Source: Candidatus Nezhaarchaeales archaeon (GTDB lineage Archaea; Thermoproteota; Methanomethylicia; Nezhaarchaeales; WYZ-LMO8). From it: a DNA stretch of 45,508 bases. A program made the translations under genes and the position numbers. The number at the start of each line of letters is the position of its first letter. Position 1 is the first letter of the stretch. A model generated the notes under the pieces. That model made no database searches. It saw only the letters and a program-made list of their open reading frames with translations, and had not been told where the DNA came from. Shown one piece after another: positions 1 to 8,140 of the stretch. The stretch covers positions 1-45,508 of the forward strand of contig DAIQQE010000002.1 of the NCBI GenBank assembly GCA_036786905.1, read 5' to 3'.

Positions 1-479
1 TCTGGGACGAGTTCTTCAGCGCATTTGAAGAGATAGACGCGATGTTCGAGGACATGATGAGGGACTTCGAGAGGTTCATGAGGGAGGGAGGTCCTCGCTC
101 GTACGTCTACGGCTTCAGCGTAACGATGGGCCCGGACGGCAAGCCCGTGATCAGGGAGTTCGGCAACATCAAGCCCTCGCCTCGCGGTCCAATAGTTAGA
201 GAGGAGGTAGAGCCTTTGGTGGACGTCTTCGACGAGGGCGATGTGGTCAAGGTCTGTGCCGAGCTCCCGGGCGTGAGCAAGGAGGACATCAAGGTGAGGG
301 CGACCGACGACAACAAACTGATAATATCGGTCGAAACTCCTCAGAGGAAGTACTACAAGGAGTTAGAGCTTCCGGCTAGGGTCAACCCCGAGAGGGCCAA
401 GGCGACCTACAAGAACGGCGTCTTAGAGGTCGTGCTGGAGAAGGTCGAGAAGAAGGGGAAAAGTATAACAGTGGAGTGA
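1..479 (+). CDS. hsp20: Small heat shock protein, Hsp20/alpha-crystallin family (5' end outside window)
   Basis: The frame of ORF 42..479 stays open back to nt 3 (WDEFFSAFEEIDAMFEDMM...). Alpha-crystallin domain signature: VDVFDEGDVVKVCAELPGVSKEDIKV...ATYKNGVLEVVLEK. Confidence 0.85.
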   Translation, partial: WDEFFSAFEEIDAMFEDMMRDFERFMREGGPRSYVYGFSVTMGPDGKPVIREFGNIKPSPRGPIVREEVEPLVDVFDEGDVVKVCAELPGVSKEDIKVRATDDNKLIISVETPQRKYYKELELPARVNPERAKATYKNGVLEVVLEKVEKKGKSITVE

Positions 480-519
480 GACCCTAACTCTGCGCTCCAA
501 GGCTCTTGGCGTGATCGCC

Positions 520-969
520 ATGATAACCAAGCGCAAGGAGAAGAAGAGCAGGAAGATGAGGGGCTCTAGGGTCTGCGGCTGGGGCAGGACCGGACAGCAC
601 AGGAAGCACGGGGGCAAGGGCGGCAGGAGGGGCTCGGGGCTCCACAAGCACAAGTGGAGCTACATAGTCAAGTACATGCCCGACTACTTCGGCAAGGAGG
701 GCTTCACGAGGCCCAAGTGCTTGCTCAAGGTCGTGAGGGCCGTAAACGTGGGGACCCTCTGCGAGATGGCCGATAAGCTGGTCGAGGCCGGGCTTGCGAG
801 GATCGAGAACGGGGTCTACGTGATCGACGTTAGGGCCCTCGGCTACAACAAGGTCTTGGGCGGGGGCAAGGTTACGAGGCCTCTTCAAGTAATAGCACCA
901 ATGGTGGCTGAGAGGGCGAAGGAGAAAGTGGAGGGCGCGGGTGGCAAGGTGGTAATAGAGGCCCTCTGA
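520..969 (+). CDS. rpl15: 50S ribosomal protein uL15
   Basis: ORF 511..969. MITKRKEKKSRKMRGSRVCGWGRTGQHRKHGGKGG is the typical archaeal uL15 N-terminus. ATG at 520 preferred over GTG at 511. Sits directly upstream of secY, as in the conserved cluster. Confidence 0.9.
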   Translation: MITKRKEKKSRKMRGSRVCGWGRTGQHRKHGGKGGRRGSGLHKHKWSYIVKYMPDYFGKEGFTRPKCLLKVVRAVNVGTLCEMADKLVEAGLARIENGVYVIDVRALGYNKVLGGGKVTRPLQVIAPMVAERAKEKVEGAGGKVVIEAL

Positions 970-981
970 AGGTAGAGCGAG

Positions 982-2334
982 ATGGTCGATGCCCGTAGCG
1001 TGATAGAGGCCATATCTAAGGCAGTCCCGAGGGTTCAGAGGCCCGTTAGGAAGGTGAGCTTCGGCGAGAGGGTCCTGTGGACGGCCATAGTGCTCACGAT
1101 CTTCTTGGTAATGGGCCAAGTGCCTCTCTACGGGATACCGAGGGAGAGCCCCTCTTATCAGCAGACCATTTACAACATAATCTTCGCCGCGAGGCATGGC
1201 ACGCTCCTCGAGCTCGGCATAGGCCCCATAGTGACGGCAGGCCTGATAATGCAGATACTTGTGGGCACAAAGATCGTAAACCTCGACTTGACGAACCCCC
1301 GCGACAGGGCTCTTTTCACGAGCTCCCAGAAGGTCATGACCATCGTTGTGACCGCCGTGCAGGCCGCGGCATCTGCCTTAGCCTACAAGTACATAGGGCC
1401 CACGGTCCCGATGATCATCTTCGCGCAACTCTTTGTTGCCACGCTCCTGCTAATGCTCTTAGACGAGCTCGTCGATAAGGGCTGGGGCATAGGCAGCGGC
1501 ATAAGCCTGTTCATAGTAGCTGGCGTCGCGCAGCATATCTTCTGGTTCTGCTTCAGCCCCGCGCCGGTCAGAGAGGATGGAGGGCCCCTAGGGGTCTTCC
1601 CCGCCCTCATCTCCCTCGCCGTCGGCGGAGGGGACGTGTGGAGCCTCATCATCGGCTCCCCCCAAGCCCCGTGGCTACCAACCCTGACGGGCTTCGTTGC
1701 CATGATGGTCATGTTCGTGGTATTGATATACCTAGAGGGCATGAGGGTAGAGGTGCCGATAGTCTACTCAAAATACGGGGGCCTCAAGGCCAAGACCCCT
1801 CTCAAGCTCCTCTACGTATCGGTGATCCCCGTAATCTTCTTCGGGGTAATAGGAGCTAACTTCCAGTGGCTAGCCCACCTGACCCAGAACCCCTTCATAA
1901 TCGGCGTGAGCAAGGCCTTCGTGGCGCCACACGGCCTCATAGACGTGCTCCAGAGACCGTTGCACGCGCTCGCCTACACTCTGCTCATTTGCTCAACGTG
2001 CGCCCTCTTGGCCCTCGCATGGGTCGAGGCCTCGGGCATGTCCGCTAGAACCCAAGCGGAGAACATCGTGAGGTCCGGGCTCCAAATACCCGGCTTTAGG
2101 GGGGCCCCCTCGGTTATTGAAAAGTACTTGGCCAGGTACATCGAGAACTTGACTTGGATCAGCGGCGTGTTTGTGGCGCTGATAGCGGCCCTCGGGGACA
2201 TATTTGGAGTCCTGGGAGGGGGCACCGGGATACTCCTGATGGTCGGCATCCTATACCAGTACTACCAGTTAATGGTCCGGGAGAGGGCTTTGGAGATGTA
2301 CCCTGCGCTGAAGCAGTTCTTGGGGGCCGAGTAG
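982..2334 (+). CDS. secY: Preprotein translocase subunit SecY
   Basis: 450 aa multi-span membrane protein in the conserved position after uL15. The N-terminus (VPRVQRP...FGERVLWT) and overall hydrophobic pattern are typical of archaeal SecY. Confidence 0.95.
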   Translation: MVDARSVIEAISKAVPRVQRPVRKVSFGERVLWTAIVLTIFLVMGQVPLYGIPRESPSYQQTIYNIIFAARHGTLLELGIGPIVTAGLIMQILVGTKIVNLDLTNPRDRALFTSSQKVMTIVVTAVQAAASALAYKYIGPTVPMIIFAQLFVATLLLMLLDELVDKGWGIGSGISLFIVAGVAQHIFWFCFSPAPVREDGGPLGVFPALISLAVGGGDVWSLIIGSPQAPWLPTLTGFVAMMVMFVVLIYLEGMRVEVPIVYSKYGGLKAKTPLKLLYVSVIPVIFFGVIGANFQWLAHLTQNPFIIGVSKAFVAPHGLIDVLQRPLHALAYTLLICSTCALLALAWVEASGMSARTQAENIVRSGLQIPGFRGAPSVIEKYLARYIENLTWISGVFVALIAALGDIFGVLGGGTGILLMVGILYQYYQLMVRERALEMYPALKQFLGAE

Positions 2335-2344
2335 GTGGTGCCAA

Positions 2345-2842
2345 GTGGACTGGCTCCAAGGAGCGTCGCAGTGGCTTAGAAGCGTCCTAGGTAGCTTCGC
2401 AGAGCCGCCGCTGAGCGCCGTCTTCGTGTTCGCGATAGCTTTCGTGGCGTGCCTGATCTCGCTGAGCATTCAGAGGCTCATGATCGACGTGAAGATCGTC
2501 AGGCAACAGGCGCAGGAGCTCAGTAAGTGGAGGAGGGAGCTGTTCAAGGCCACGAAGGCCAAGGACGTGAAGGCCGTGGAGAAGCTCATGAGGAAGAAGC
2601 CCTACATGGACAAGCTACAGGCCATGTACACCTCCCAGACGATGAAGCCCATGATCGTGTACTTCGTGCCCCTTCTACTCCTCTTCTGGCTCTTCGCAGG
2701 GGTCTTCAACAACGTCAACGTCGCCTACCTGCCGATCATAGGCCAGCCCGTGCCCTTCTGGGTCTGGTACTTCTTGTCTTCTTTAGCGATCTCCCCGATA
2801 CTGCAGAGAGTTTTAAATCTAGACTTCCAATCCTCCGACTGA
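2345..2842 (+). CDS. DUF106-family membrane protein (archaeal YidC/Oxa1/EMC3-like insertase candidate)
   Basis: 165 aa. TM1, then a long charged coiled region (KIVRQQAQELSKWRRELFKATKAKDVKAVEKLMRKKPYMDKLQ), then two more TM segments. Conserved position between secY and rpl34e. GTG start preceded by GGTGGTG. Confidence 0.7.
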   Translation: MDWLQGASQWLRSVLGSFAEPPLSAVFVFAIAFVACLISLSIQRLMIDVKIVRQQAQELSKWRRELFKATKAKDVKAVEKLMRKKPYMDKLQAMYTSQTMKPMIVYFVPLLLLFWLFAGVFNNVNVAYLPIIGQPVPFWVWYFLSSLAISPILQRVLNLDFQSSD

Positions 2843-2852
2843 GGGGATAGCA

Positions 2853-3122
2853 GTGGTAAGACCGGGTCTCAGGGGGAAGCCGTACAAACTCGTCAGGACC
2901 CCGGGCGGGAGGCTCGTGCGGAGGCCCGTCGAGTTCAAGAGAAAGGAGGCCAGGTGCGCTTGGTGCCACGGAGAGCTCCACGGAACCCCTGCCCTGTCGA
3001 AGGTCGAGATGAAGAGGCTCCCCAAGAGCCGCAAGAGGCCCGAGAGGCCCTACGGAGGCTACGTATGCGCGAGGTGCCTGAGGTTAGGGCTCGTCAAAGC
3101 AGTTATCAGGGGTCCTCGGTAG
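2853..3122 (+). CDS. rpl34e: 50S ribosomal protein eL34
   Basis: 89 aa, very basic, with zinc-ribbon cysteines (CAWCHGEL...YVCARC). Matches the eL34 pattern. GTG start. Confidence 0.9.
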   Translation: MVRPGLRGKPYKLVRTPGGRLVRRPVEFKRKEARCAWCHGELHGTPALSKVEMKRLPKSRKRPERPYGGYVCARCLRLGLVKAVIRGPR

Positions 3123-3162
3123 TAAGCTGTGCCTCGTGGTTCGCTCCTCGAGTTCGCAGGCT

Positions 3163-3170
3163 TTAAAAAT
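3163..3170 (+). promoter_or_regulatory. TATA-box candidate for cmk (leaderless transcript)
   Basis: TTTAAAAA centred about 25 nt upstream of the cmk ATG at 3191. Confidence 0.45.
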
Positions 3171-3190
3171 GGCCAGATTTTAGTGGATTT

Positions 3191-3757
3191 ATGGGGCTAG
3201 TCATAGCCATTAGCGGCAAGCCGGGCGCCGGCAAGACGACCTACGCCAAGGAGGTCGCCCGCTTCTTCAACTTGAGGTACGTGTCCTCTGGGGCCCTTTT
3301 TAGGCAACTGGCCAGTGAGAGAGGGGTTGACCTAGTAGAGCTCCACAAGCTAGCAGAGAAGGACTTCGAGATAGACAGAGCCATAGACAGCAGAGCTGCG
3401 GAGGAGGCCAAGAAGGGAGATGTGGTGGTCGAAGGCCACTTGGCCGGGTGGGTTCTATGCGACATAGCCGACCTCAAAATCTTCTTCACCGCTCCGCTGG
3501 AGGTGAGAGCGCTGAGGGTCGCGGCCCGAGACGGAGTGCCCTACGAGGAAGCGCTGAGAGAGCTCAAGCTAAGGGAGGAGAGCAACAAGCTAAGGGCGAG
3601 GCTCCTCTACGGCTTCGACCTCGACGACCTGTCAATCTTCGACGTCATATTCAACACGAACAGGCTCAGCAAGGAGGTCATAACCGAAACGTTAAAAACC
3701 CTAATCTCAAAGTTCGTAGAGCGCCGAGCCACAGGGTGGCGGACATGCCAGCCATAG
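3191..3757 (+). CDS. cmk: Cytidylate kinase, archaeal type
   Basis: P-loop [11 protein letters not shown]. Overall similarity to archaeal CMP kinases. Conserved rpl34e-cmk-rpl14e order. Confidence 0.85.
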   Translation: MGLVIAISGKPGAGKTTYAKEVARFFNLRYVSSGALFRQLASERGVDLVELHKLAEKDFEIDRAIDSRAAEEAKKGDVVVEGHLAGWVLCDIADLKIFFTAPLEVRALRVAARDGVPYEEALRELKLREESNKLRARLLYGFDLDDLSIFDVIFNTNRLSKEVITETLKTLISKFVERRATGWRTCQP

Positions 3758-4029
3758 AAGTGGGCAGGATATGCGTCAAAAACGCTGGCAGGCTCGCTGG
3801 TAGGAAGTGCGTGATAGTGGACATAGTGGACGAGAACTTCGTCCTAGTGACCGGGCCCAAGGACGTCACCGGAGTCAAGAGGAAGAGGGCCAACGTCAGA
3901 CACCTAGTTCCCACGCCCGAGAAGATAGACATACCCAAGGGGGCCAGCGACGAAGAGGTCAAAGCCGCCCTCGAGAGAGCTGGCAAGCTGGAGTTCATGA
4001 AGGAGAGGGTCGCTCCGATAGCCCCATAA
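3745..4029 (+). CDS. rpl14e: 50S ribosomal protein eL14
   Basis: ATG at 3745 inside ORF 3448..4029. [39 protein letters not shown] is a KOW-type eL14 sequence. The upstream part of the ORF is an out-of-frame overlap of cmk. Confidence 0.85.
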   Translation: MPAIEVGRICVKNAGRLAGRKCVIVDIVDENFVLVTGPKDVTGVKRKRANVRHLVPTPEKIDIPKGASDEEVKAALERAGKLEFMKERVAPIAP

Positions 4030-4070
4030 GCCACCCCTCCATTACTCATTTTGGTGAAGCAGATTTGGGC

Positions 4071-5069
4071 ATGCTGATAAAGGCGGAGGAGGCGACGGAC
4101 TACAGGTACGGCTGTCCCCCTGATCAGAGGCCCATAGAGCTCCACTTGGACCTAGGGATAGTAAACCTCGACAAGCCGCCGGGCCCTACGAGCCACGAAG
4201 TGACCTCGTGGGTCAAGAAGCTCCTCGGCGTCGAAAAGGCCGGTCACGGAGGAACCCTAGAGCCCTGCTAAGGGCGGGGAGACCCCAAGGTCACGGGCGT
4301 ATTGCCCATAGCCCTAGGCAGAGCACGCAACGTCCTCCAATACATAGTGCACTCCGACAAGACCTACGTCTGCGTGATGGCCCTCCACGAGGCCGTGCCG
4401 GAGGAGAGGGTCAGGGAGGTCTGCCGAGAATTTGTGGGACCGATCTACCAGAGGCCCCCGCTCAAGGCCTCGGTCGAAAGGAGGCTCAGGGTTAGGAGGA
4501 TATACTCGATAGAGGTCCACGAGGTCGTCGGCAGGCTCGTGCTGATGACCGTTAAGTGTGAGGCCGGGACCTACATAAGGAAGCTATGCCACGACATAGG
4601 CGAGGTGCTGGGCGTAGGGGCCCACATGGCCGAGCTCAGGAGGATACAAACAGGGCCCTTCACCGAGAACGAGAACTTGGTGACGATGCATGAGTTGCAC
4701 GAAGCCGTCGTCGCGTGGAAAGAGCACGGCGACGACAGCCTCTTGAGGAGGGCGGTACTTCCAGTCGAGTACGTCGTAAAGGACGTGCCGAAGATCTACG
4801 TAAGGGACTCCGCGGTCGATGCCATATGCCACGGGGCCCCTCTGGCGGCTCCCGGGGTCCTCCACCTCACTGACGACATAACCAAGGACAGGCGAGTGGC
4901 CATAATGACGTTGAAGGGCGAGCTCGTCGCCATAGCCAAGGCGCTGATGAGCTCTCACGAAATATTGGAGGCCAACAAGGGCATAGTCGCCAAGCCCGTG
5001 AGGGTGATAATGAGGCCGGGCACCTACCCCAAGTCGTGGAAGTCCTCTAGGCTTGAGGAGAAAGGATAA
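4071..5069 (+). CDS. cbf5: tRNA/rRNA pseudouridine synthase Cbf5 (H/ACA RNP catalytic subunit). CDS is join(4071..4260,4282..5069), interrupted by a 21-nt BHB intron.
   Basis: Exon 1 MLIKAEEATDYRYGCPPDQRPIELHLDLGIVNLDKPPGPTSHEVTSWVKKLLGVEKAGHGGTL. Exon 2 DPKVTGVLPIALGRA...PUA domain. Both exons are in the same frame and separated by EPC*GRG. Splicing restores the TruB-family GHGGTLDPKVTGVLP catalytic motif and gives 325 aa. Confidence 0.85.
4261..4281 (+). other. Bulge-helix-bulge (BHB) intron within cbf5 mRNA
   Basis: Central helix CCCT (4255-4258) pairs with GGGG (4276-4279). Three-nt bulges AGA (4259-4261) and AGA (4280-4282). Inner helix GCCC (4262-4265) pairs with GGGC (4272-4275), with loop TGCTAA carrying the in-frame TAA. 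Cleavage after the 2nd bulge nucleotide removes exactly 21 nt. Confidence 0.65.
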
Positions 5070-5101
5070 TTAAAGAGGGGCTCTGCTCCATTATACTTGG
5101 A

Positions 5102-5206
5102 GCCGGGATACCCTAGTGGTAGGGGGCAGGCCTGGAGAGGCCTTTAGGCCCCACCGAGCCTGTGGCCCTCTGGGCCGCGCGGGTTCGAATCCCGCTCCCG
5201 GCGCCA
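5102..5206 (+). tRNA. tRNA-Ser(GGA), class II, with a canonical 19-nt intron (5138..5156); CCA encoded
   Basis: Acceptor GCCGGGA/TCCCGGC, discriminator G. Anticodon stem CAGGC/GCCTG, loop CTGGAG|A. Long variable arm GGCCC-TCT-GGGCC. T-arm GCGGG-TTCGAAT-CCCGC. The BHB (H CTGG/CCAC 3 of 4 bp, inner helix GGCC/GGCC) places the intron at 37/38. Confidence 0.85.
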
Positions 5207-5223
5207 CCCCCATTAATATCGCG

Positions 5224-5592
5224 CTAGCTGAGCTCTTCGACTTTCGATTCACAGTAGCTATCGACTAAGTACTTGAACGGTATCTTGTTCGTCCAGCTGC
5301 TTCGATCGAAGACGCTCATGAAATCCACTCCGATCACCACGCCCCCTTCCTTCGATATCTCCTCGGTTACTTTGAGGACGGCTTCGGCCGTTAGCCCCGA
5401 CGTAGGCATTGCCAGCCCTCCCAACAGCACGACGACGTCGGATCCTCTTGGATCGGCCTTCTCGCCCACCTGAAAGCCATAGCCTTCGATGTACGTCAGC
5501 TTGACGGCCTTGTCCAACGTCACGTTTGGGGCGTGAACCATGTCGACTACCAAGTCCTTGACGGCGTAAGCCAAGAGTTCTATGAAGGGCAA
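5224..5592 (-). CDS. Conserved-looking hypothetical protein, about 122-140 aa, start uncertain
   Basis: ORF with TTG start at 5592. Alpha/beta-like sequence (VVVLLGGLAMPTSGL..GGVVIGVDFMSVF). Protein-like residues (KGLKITFLGTPAAC) continue upstream of the TTG to an in-frame TAG at 5646-5644. Family not recognised with certainty. Confidence 0.5.
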   Translation of the reverse strand: MPFIELLAYAVKDLVVDMVHAPNVTLDKAVKLTYIEGYGFQVGEKADPRGSDVVVLLGGLAMPTSGLTAEAVLKVTEEISKEGGVVIGVDFMSVFDRSSWTNKIPFKYLVDSYCESKVEELS

Positions 5593-5874
5593 GCATGCGG
5601 CCGGCGTGCCTAAGAAGGTTATCTTGAGGCCCTTGCTCTGAGACTATTTAGACACGGCCTCTCTAAATCCCCTCGTTAAGCTAATGATGCACTTCCCTGA
5701 ATACGAGAGACAGCGCGACCTCGTAGCTCGTCGCGGCCGAGTCCGGCGATGCTTTAAAAGACTTGCGGGACTTCAAAGCGAATCAGCATGAAGCGTCGAT
5801 CGAGGAGGGGAGCGCACAGAATAAGGCTAAGCGCCCGGTGAGTTTTCAAGGCGTGCCCCCTAAGGCGACGAGGC

Positions 5875-7116
5875 ATGATCAGCGCAGACGTGCTCGTCGT
5901 CGGTAGCGGTGCTGGAGGAAGCGTGGCATCGCTCGAGCTCGCGAAGCGGAACTTCAAGGTGGTTCTAGCAGAGGCTGGCGAGGGCGTAGACCTAGCGAGG
6001 GCTAGGTTGGGCTACCGCCCCGTGCTGTCGTCGATTGAGGTCCTTAAGTGCGAGGGTCTTGGTGGCACCACGCTGGTGTCCATGGGCAACATGCTAGTTA
6101 CAGGCGAGCTGCTCGAGAGATTCAAAGGCCTAGGAGTAGACCTGGCGGCCGAAGTTCAAGAGGTCTGCAAACTCATGTCTGTTTCTAAGACGCCAGCGGA
6201 CAAGCTACCAGCTTTCGCTAGGAAGTTCGTCGAAGTCGCTGAGAGGGTGGGGCTGAAGGCAGAGGTCATGCCGAAGTCCGTAGACTTCGACAGGTGCATG
6301 GGATGTGGTAGGTGCGCCTATGGATGCCCTAACGAGGCGAAGGTCTCGGCCCTAGATCTGGTTAAGGCCGGCGTGCGACAAGGACTAATGCTCCTGTCCC
6401 GATTTAGGGTCGACAAGCTACACAAGCGCCAAGGGCGAGTGGTGGCAGAAGGAGCGATGGATGGCAAGAGGCTCAAGGTGGAGTGCAGGGCTCTCGTCCT
6501 GGCAGCGGGCGCCCTCGAGACGCCCAAGCTCCTAGCCCAGCTCCACGAAGACGAAAACGTGGGGAGGAATCTGTTCGTAGACCCCTTTGTGACGGTCGGC
6601 GGGCCCTACGATGGGCCTCCCTCGAGCGATGGCATTCAGATGGCCGTCTACGTCGACTTCAGCGACTTCCTGTTGTCGCCTCACTACACCGGGCTCCTGC
6701 AGTTTCAGCTAACGGCTAGGGGCGTCGACCTCAAGGGCAGGGGGATCGCCTCAATAATGGTCAAGGTGGCCGACGAGGGCAAAGGGGTCGTGTGGCCCGA
6801 CGGTGTCGTAGAAACTCGAATGACTCGAAGGGACTTGAAGGTCCTAGAGAGAGGGGTTGAGAGGGCCAAGGAGTTGCTCTCGGAGCTTGGAGTTAGGGAG
6901 AACGAAATCGCTATGACGCACGTGAGGGGGGCGCATCCCGGCGGAACCGCGGCGATAGGCTACGTGGTCTCTCGAGACCTGACGATCGATGGTTGCGACG
7001 GGGTCTTTGTGGCCGATGCCAGTCTGATACCTCCCCCACTTGGAAAGCCGCCGGTTTTGCTGATAATGTCCTTGGCTATGAGGGTGGCGAGGAGGGTCTG
7101 CGAGTACTTGCGCTAA
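5875..7116 (+). CDS. FAD-dependent oxidoreductase, GMC-like, with an embedded ferredoxin-type CxxCxxCxxxCP motif
   Basis: N-terminal dinucleotide fold DVLVVGSGAGGSVASLELAK..VVLAEAG. C-terminal GMC-type motif GAHPGGTAAIG...VFVADASLIP. Internal CMGCGRCAYGCP at 6295..6330. Confidence 0.75.
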   Translation: MISADVLVVGSGAGGSVASLELAKRNFKVVLAEAGEGVDLARARLGYRPVLSSIEVLKCEGLGGTTLVSMGNMLVTGELLERFKGLGVDLAAEVQEVCKLMSVSKTPADKLPAFARKFVEVAERVGLKAEVMPKSVDFDRCMGCGRCAYGCPNEAKVSALDLVKAGVRQGLMLLSRFRVDKLHKRQGRVVAEGAMDGKRLKVECRALVLAAGALETPKLLAQLHEDENVGRNLFVDPFVTVGGPYDGPPSSDGIQMAVYVDFSDFLLSPHYTGLLQFQLTARGVDLKGRGIASIMVKVADEGKGVVWPDGVVETRMTRRDLKVLERGVERAKELLSELGVRENEIAMTHVRGAHPGGTAAIGYVVSRDLTIDGCDGVFVADASLIPPPLGKPPVLLIMSLAMRVARRVCEYLR

Positions 7117-7122
7117 GCCCCT

Positions 7123-7557
7123 TTATTTCTCGTATATGGTGTTAACGACGCCCATTAAAGCCGAGAGTGCTTGGGGGTTCTCCTTGAAGAAGTCCATCAA
7201 CTTCACTATCCTGTTCACCGTCAAGTCGTGAAGCTCGTGCTCCATGCTGCAGGCGTCGTCTTCCGCTATGTCCTCTGGCAGTTTTAGGAGGGTCATCAAG
7301 AACTCCTTGAGGGCCTCGTGCCTCTTGTATATGGCCTCTGCCAACCTAGCACCCTCGTCGGTGAGCGTTATGGCTCCGTGCTTCACGTACTTCACCAACC
7401 CCTTGCGAGCGAGCTTGTTGAGGTACTCGACTATGCTGGGGGGCTTTACGTTTAGCATCTCGGCCAACACTTTGACCCTTATGGTCTCGTCCCTCTTCCA
7501 CAAAACGTACAGCGCTTCCAAGTACTCCTCCTCTCTTCGACTCCTCCTGGAGGGCAA
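7123..7557 (-). CDS. DtxR/MntR-family metal-dependent transcriptional repressor
   Basis: 144 aa. wHTH region EEYLEALYVLWKRDETIRVKVLAEMLNVKPPSIVEYLNKLARKGLV, followed by a dimerisation/metal domain (HEALKEFL...DACSMEHELH). Confidence 0.85.
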   Translation of the reverse strand: MPSRRSRREEEYLEALYVLWKRDETIRVKVLAEMLNVKPPSIVEYLNKLARKGLVKYVKHGAITLTDEGARLAEAIYKRHEALKEFLMTLLKLPEDIAEDDACSMEHELHDLTVNRIVKLMDFFKENPQALSALMGVVNTIYEK

Positions 7558-7904
7558 TTTCAGTCGACCCTATGAGGATGCTCGCTCTCCCGTAAGGCTT
7601 CGCCCAACATAAAGATTTTGGACCTTGACCGGCCGAGTCAGGCGGCCTAGCGCCCCTCACGCATCAGGAGGGGTCTGGAGTCTTCATCCTCGGCCAAGAG
7701 TAAAAGAGGAGAGACGCCTTATGTGCTTTTCCTCAAGCAAGGGGCTAGCCCTTAGAAGTCCAAGCCTCTGCGCATTTCCTAGGCCCGAGCAGGCCACGCG
7801 ACGATCAAGCACTAAGCACGCCAATGGCGTTAGGGGCCGCTTTGATGCGAGTCGTTTAGCTATGCAGGCGAAAAGCTTTAGCTGGAGCACGATCCCCATA
7901 TCAT

Positions 7905-7965
7905 GGGCGATGATGTCTCCCTCAGCTACGCCCGATCGATGATGCAACTATGGGGGTCTGAGCCC
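7905..7965 (+). ncRNA. Candidate C/D box sRNA (2'-O-methylation guide)
   Basis: Terminal stem GGGC (7905-7908) pairs with GCCC (7962-7965). C box ATGATGT (7910-7916), C' box ATGATGC (7939-7945), exactly 12-nt guide AACTATGGGGGT (7946-7957), D box CTGA (7958-7961). The D' box is degenerate (CCGA 7932-7935, 15 nt after the C box). Total 61 nt. Lies in an ORF-free gap. Confidence 0.35.
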
Positions 7966-8140
7966 TTGGCGAGCAGCGTTGCCTTCATGATCTTTTCGGG
8001 TAGGGGCAATCTCATAATCCACGGCCCTTCTCAGTGTTGAGCGTCTGACGTGTGGTGCCTAGCCCTCGCTCCACGGCTTTGTCCTCTGCGCCACGAGGGC
8101 CGTTCAGCACTAGGGCTCCTCGCTCTTCGAGCTTTGCCGC

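Noticed and set aside
484-1197. 237-aa ORF on the - strand
   Set aside because: It is antisense to uL15 and secY. Its Arg/Pro/Leu/His-rich composition is typical of shadow ORFs in GC-rich DNA, and it has no motif.
3448-3744. Upstream part of ORF 3448..4029 (similarly 3807..4070 upstream of cbf5)
   Set aside because: These are out-of-frame read-throughs of cmk and rpl14e. The ribosomal protein and Cbf5 signatures begin at ATG 3745 and ATG 4071.
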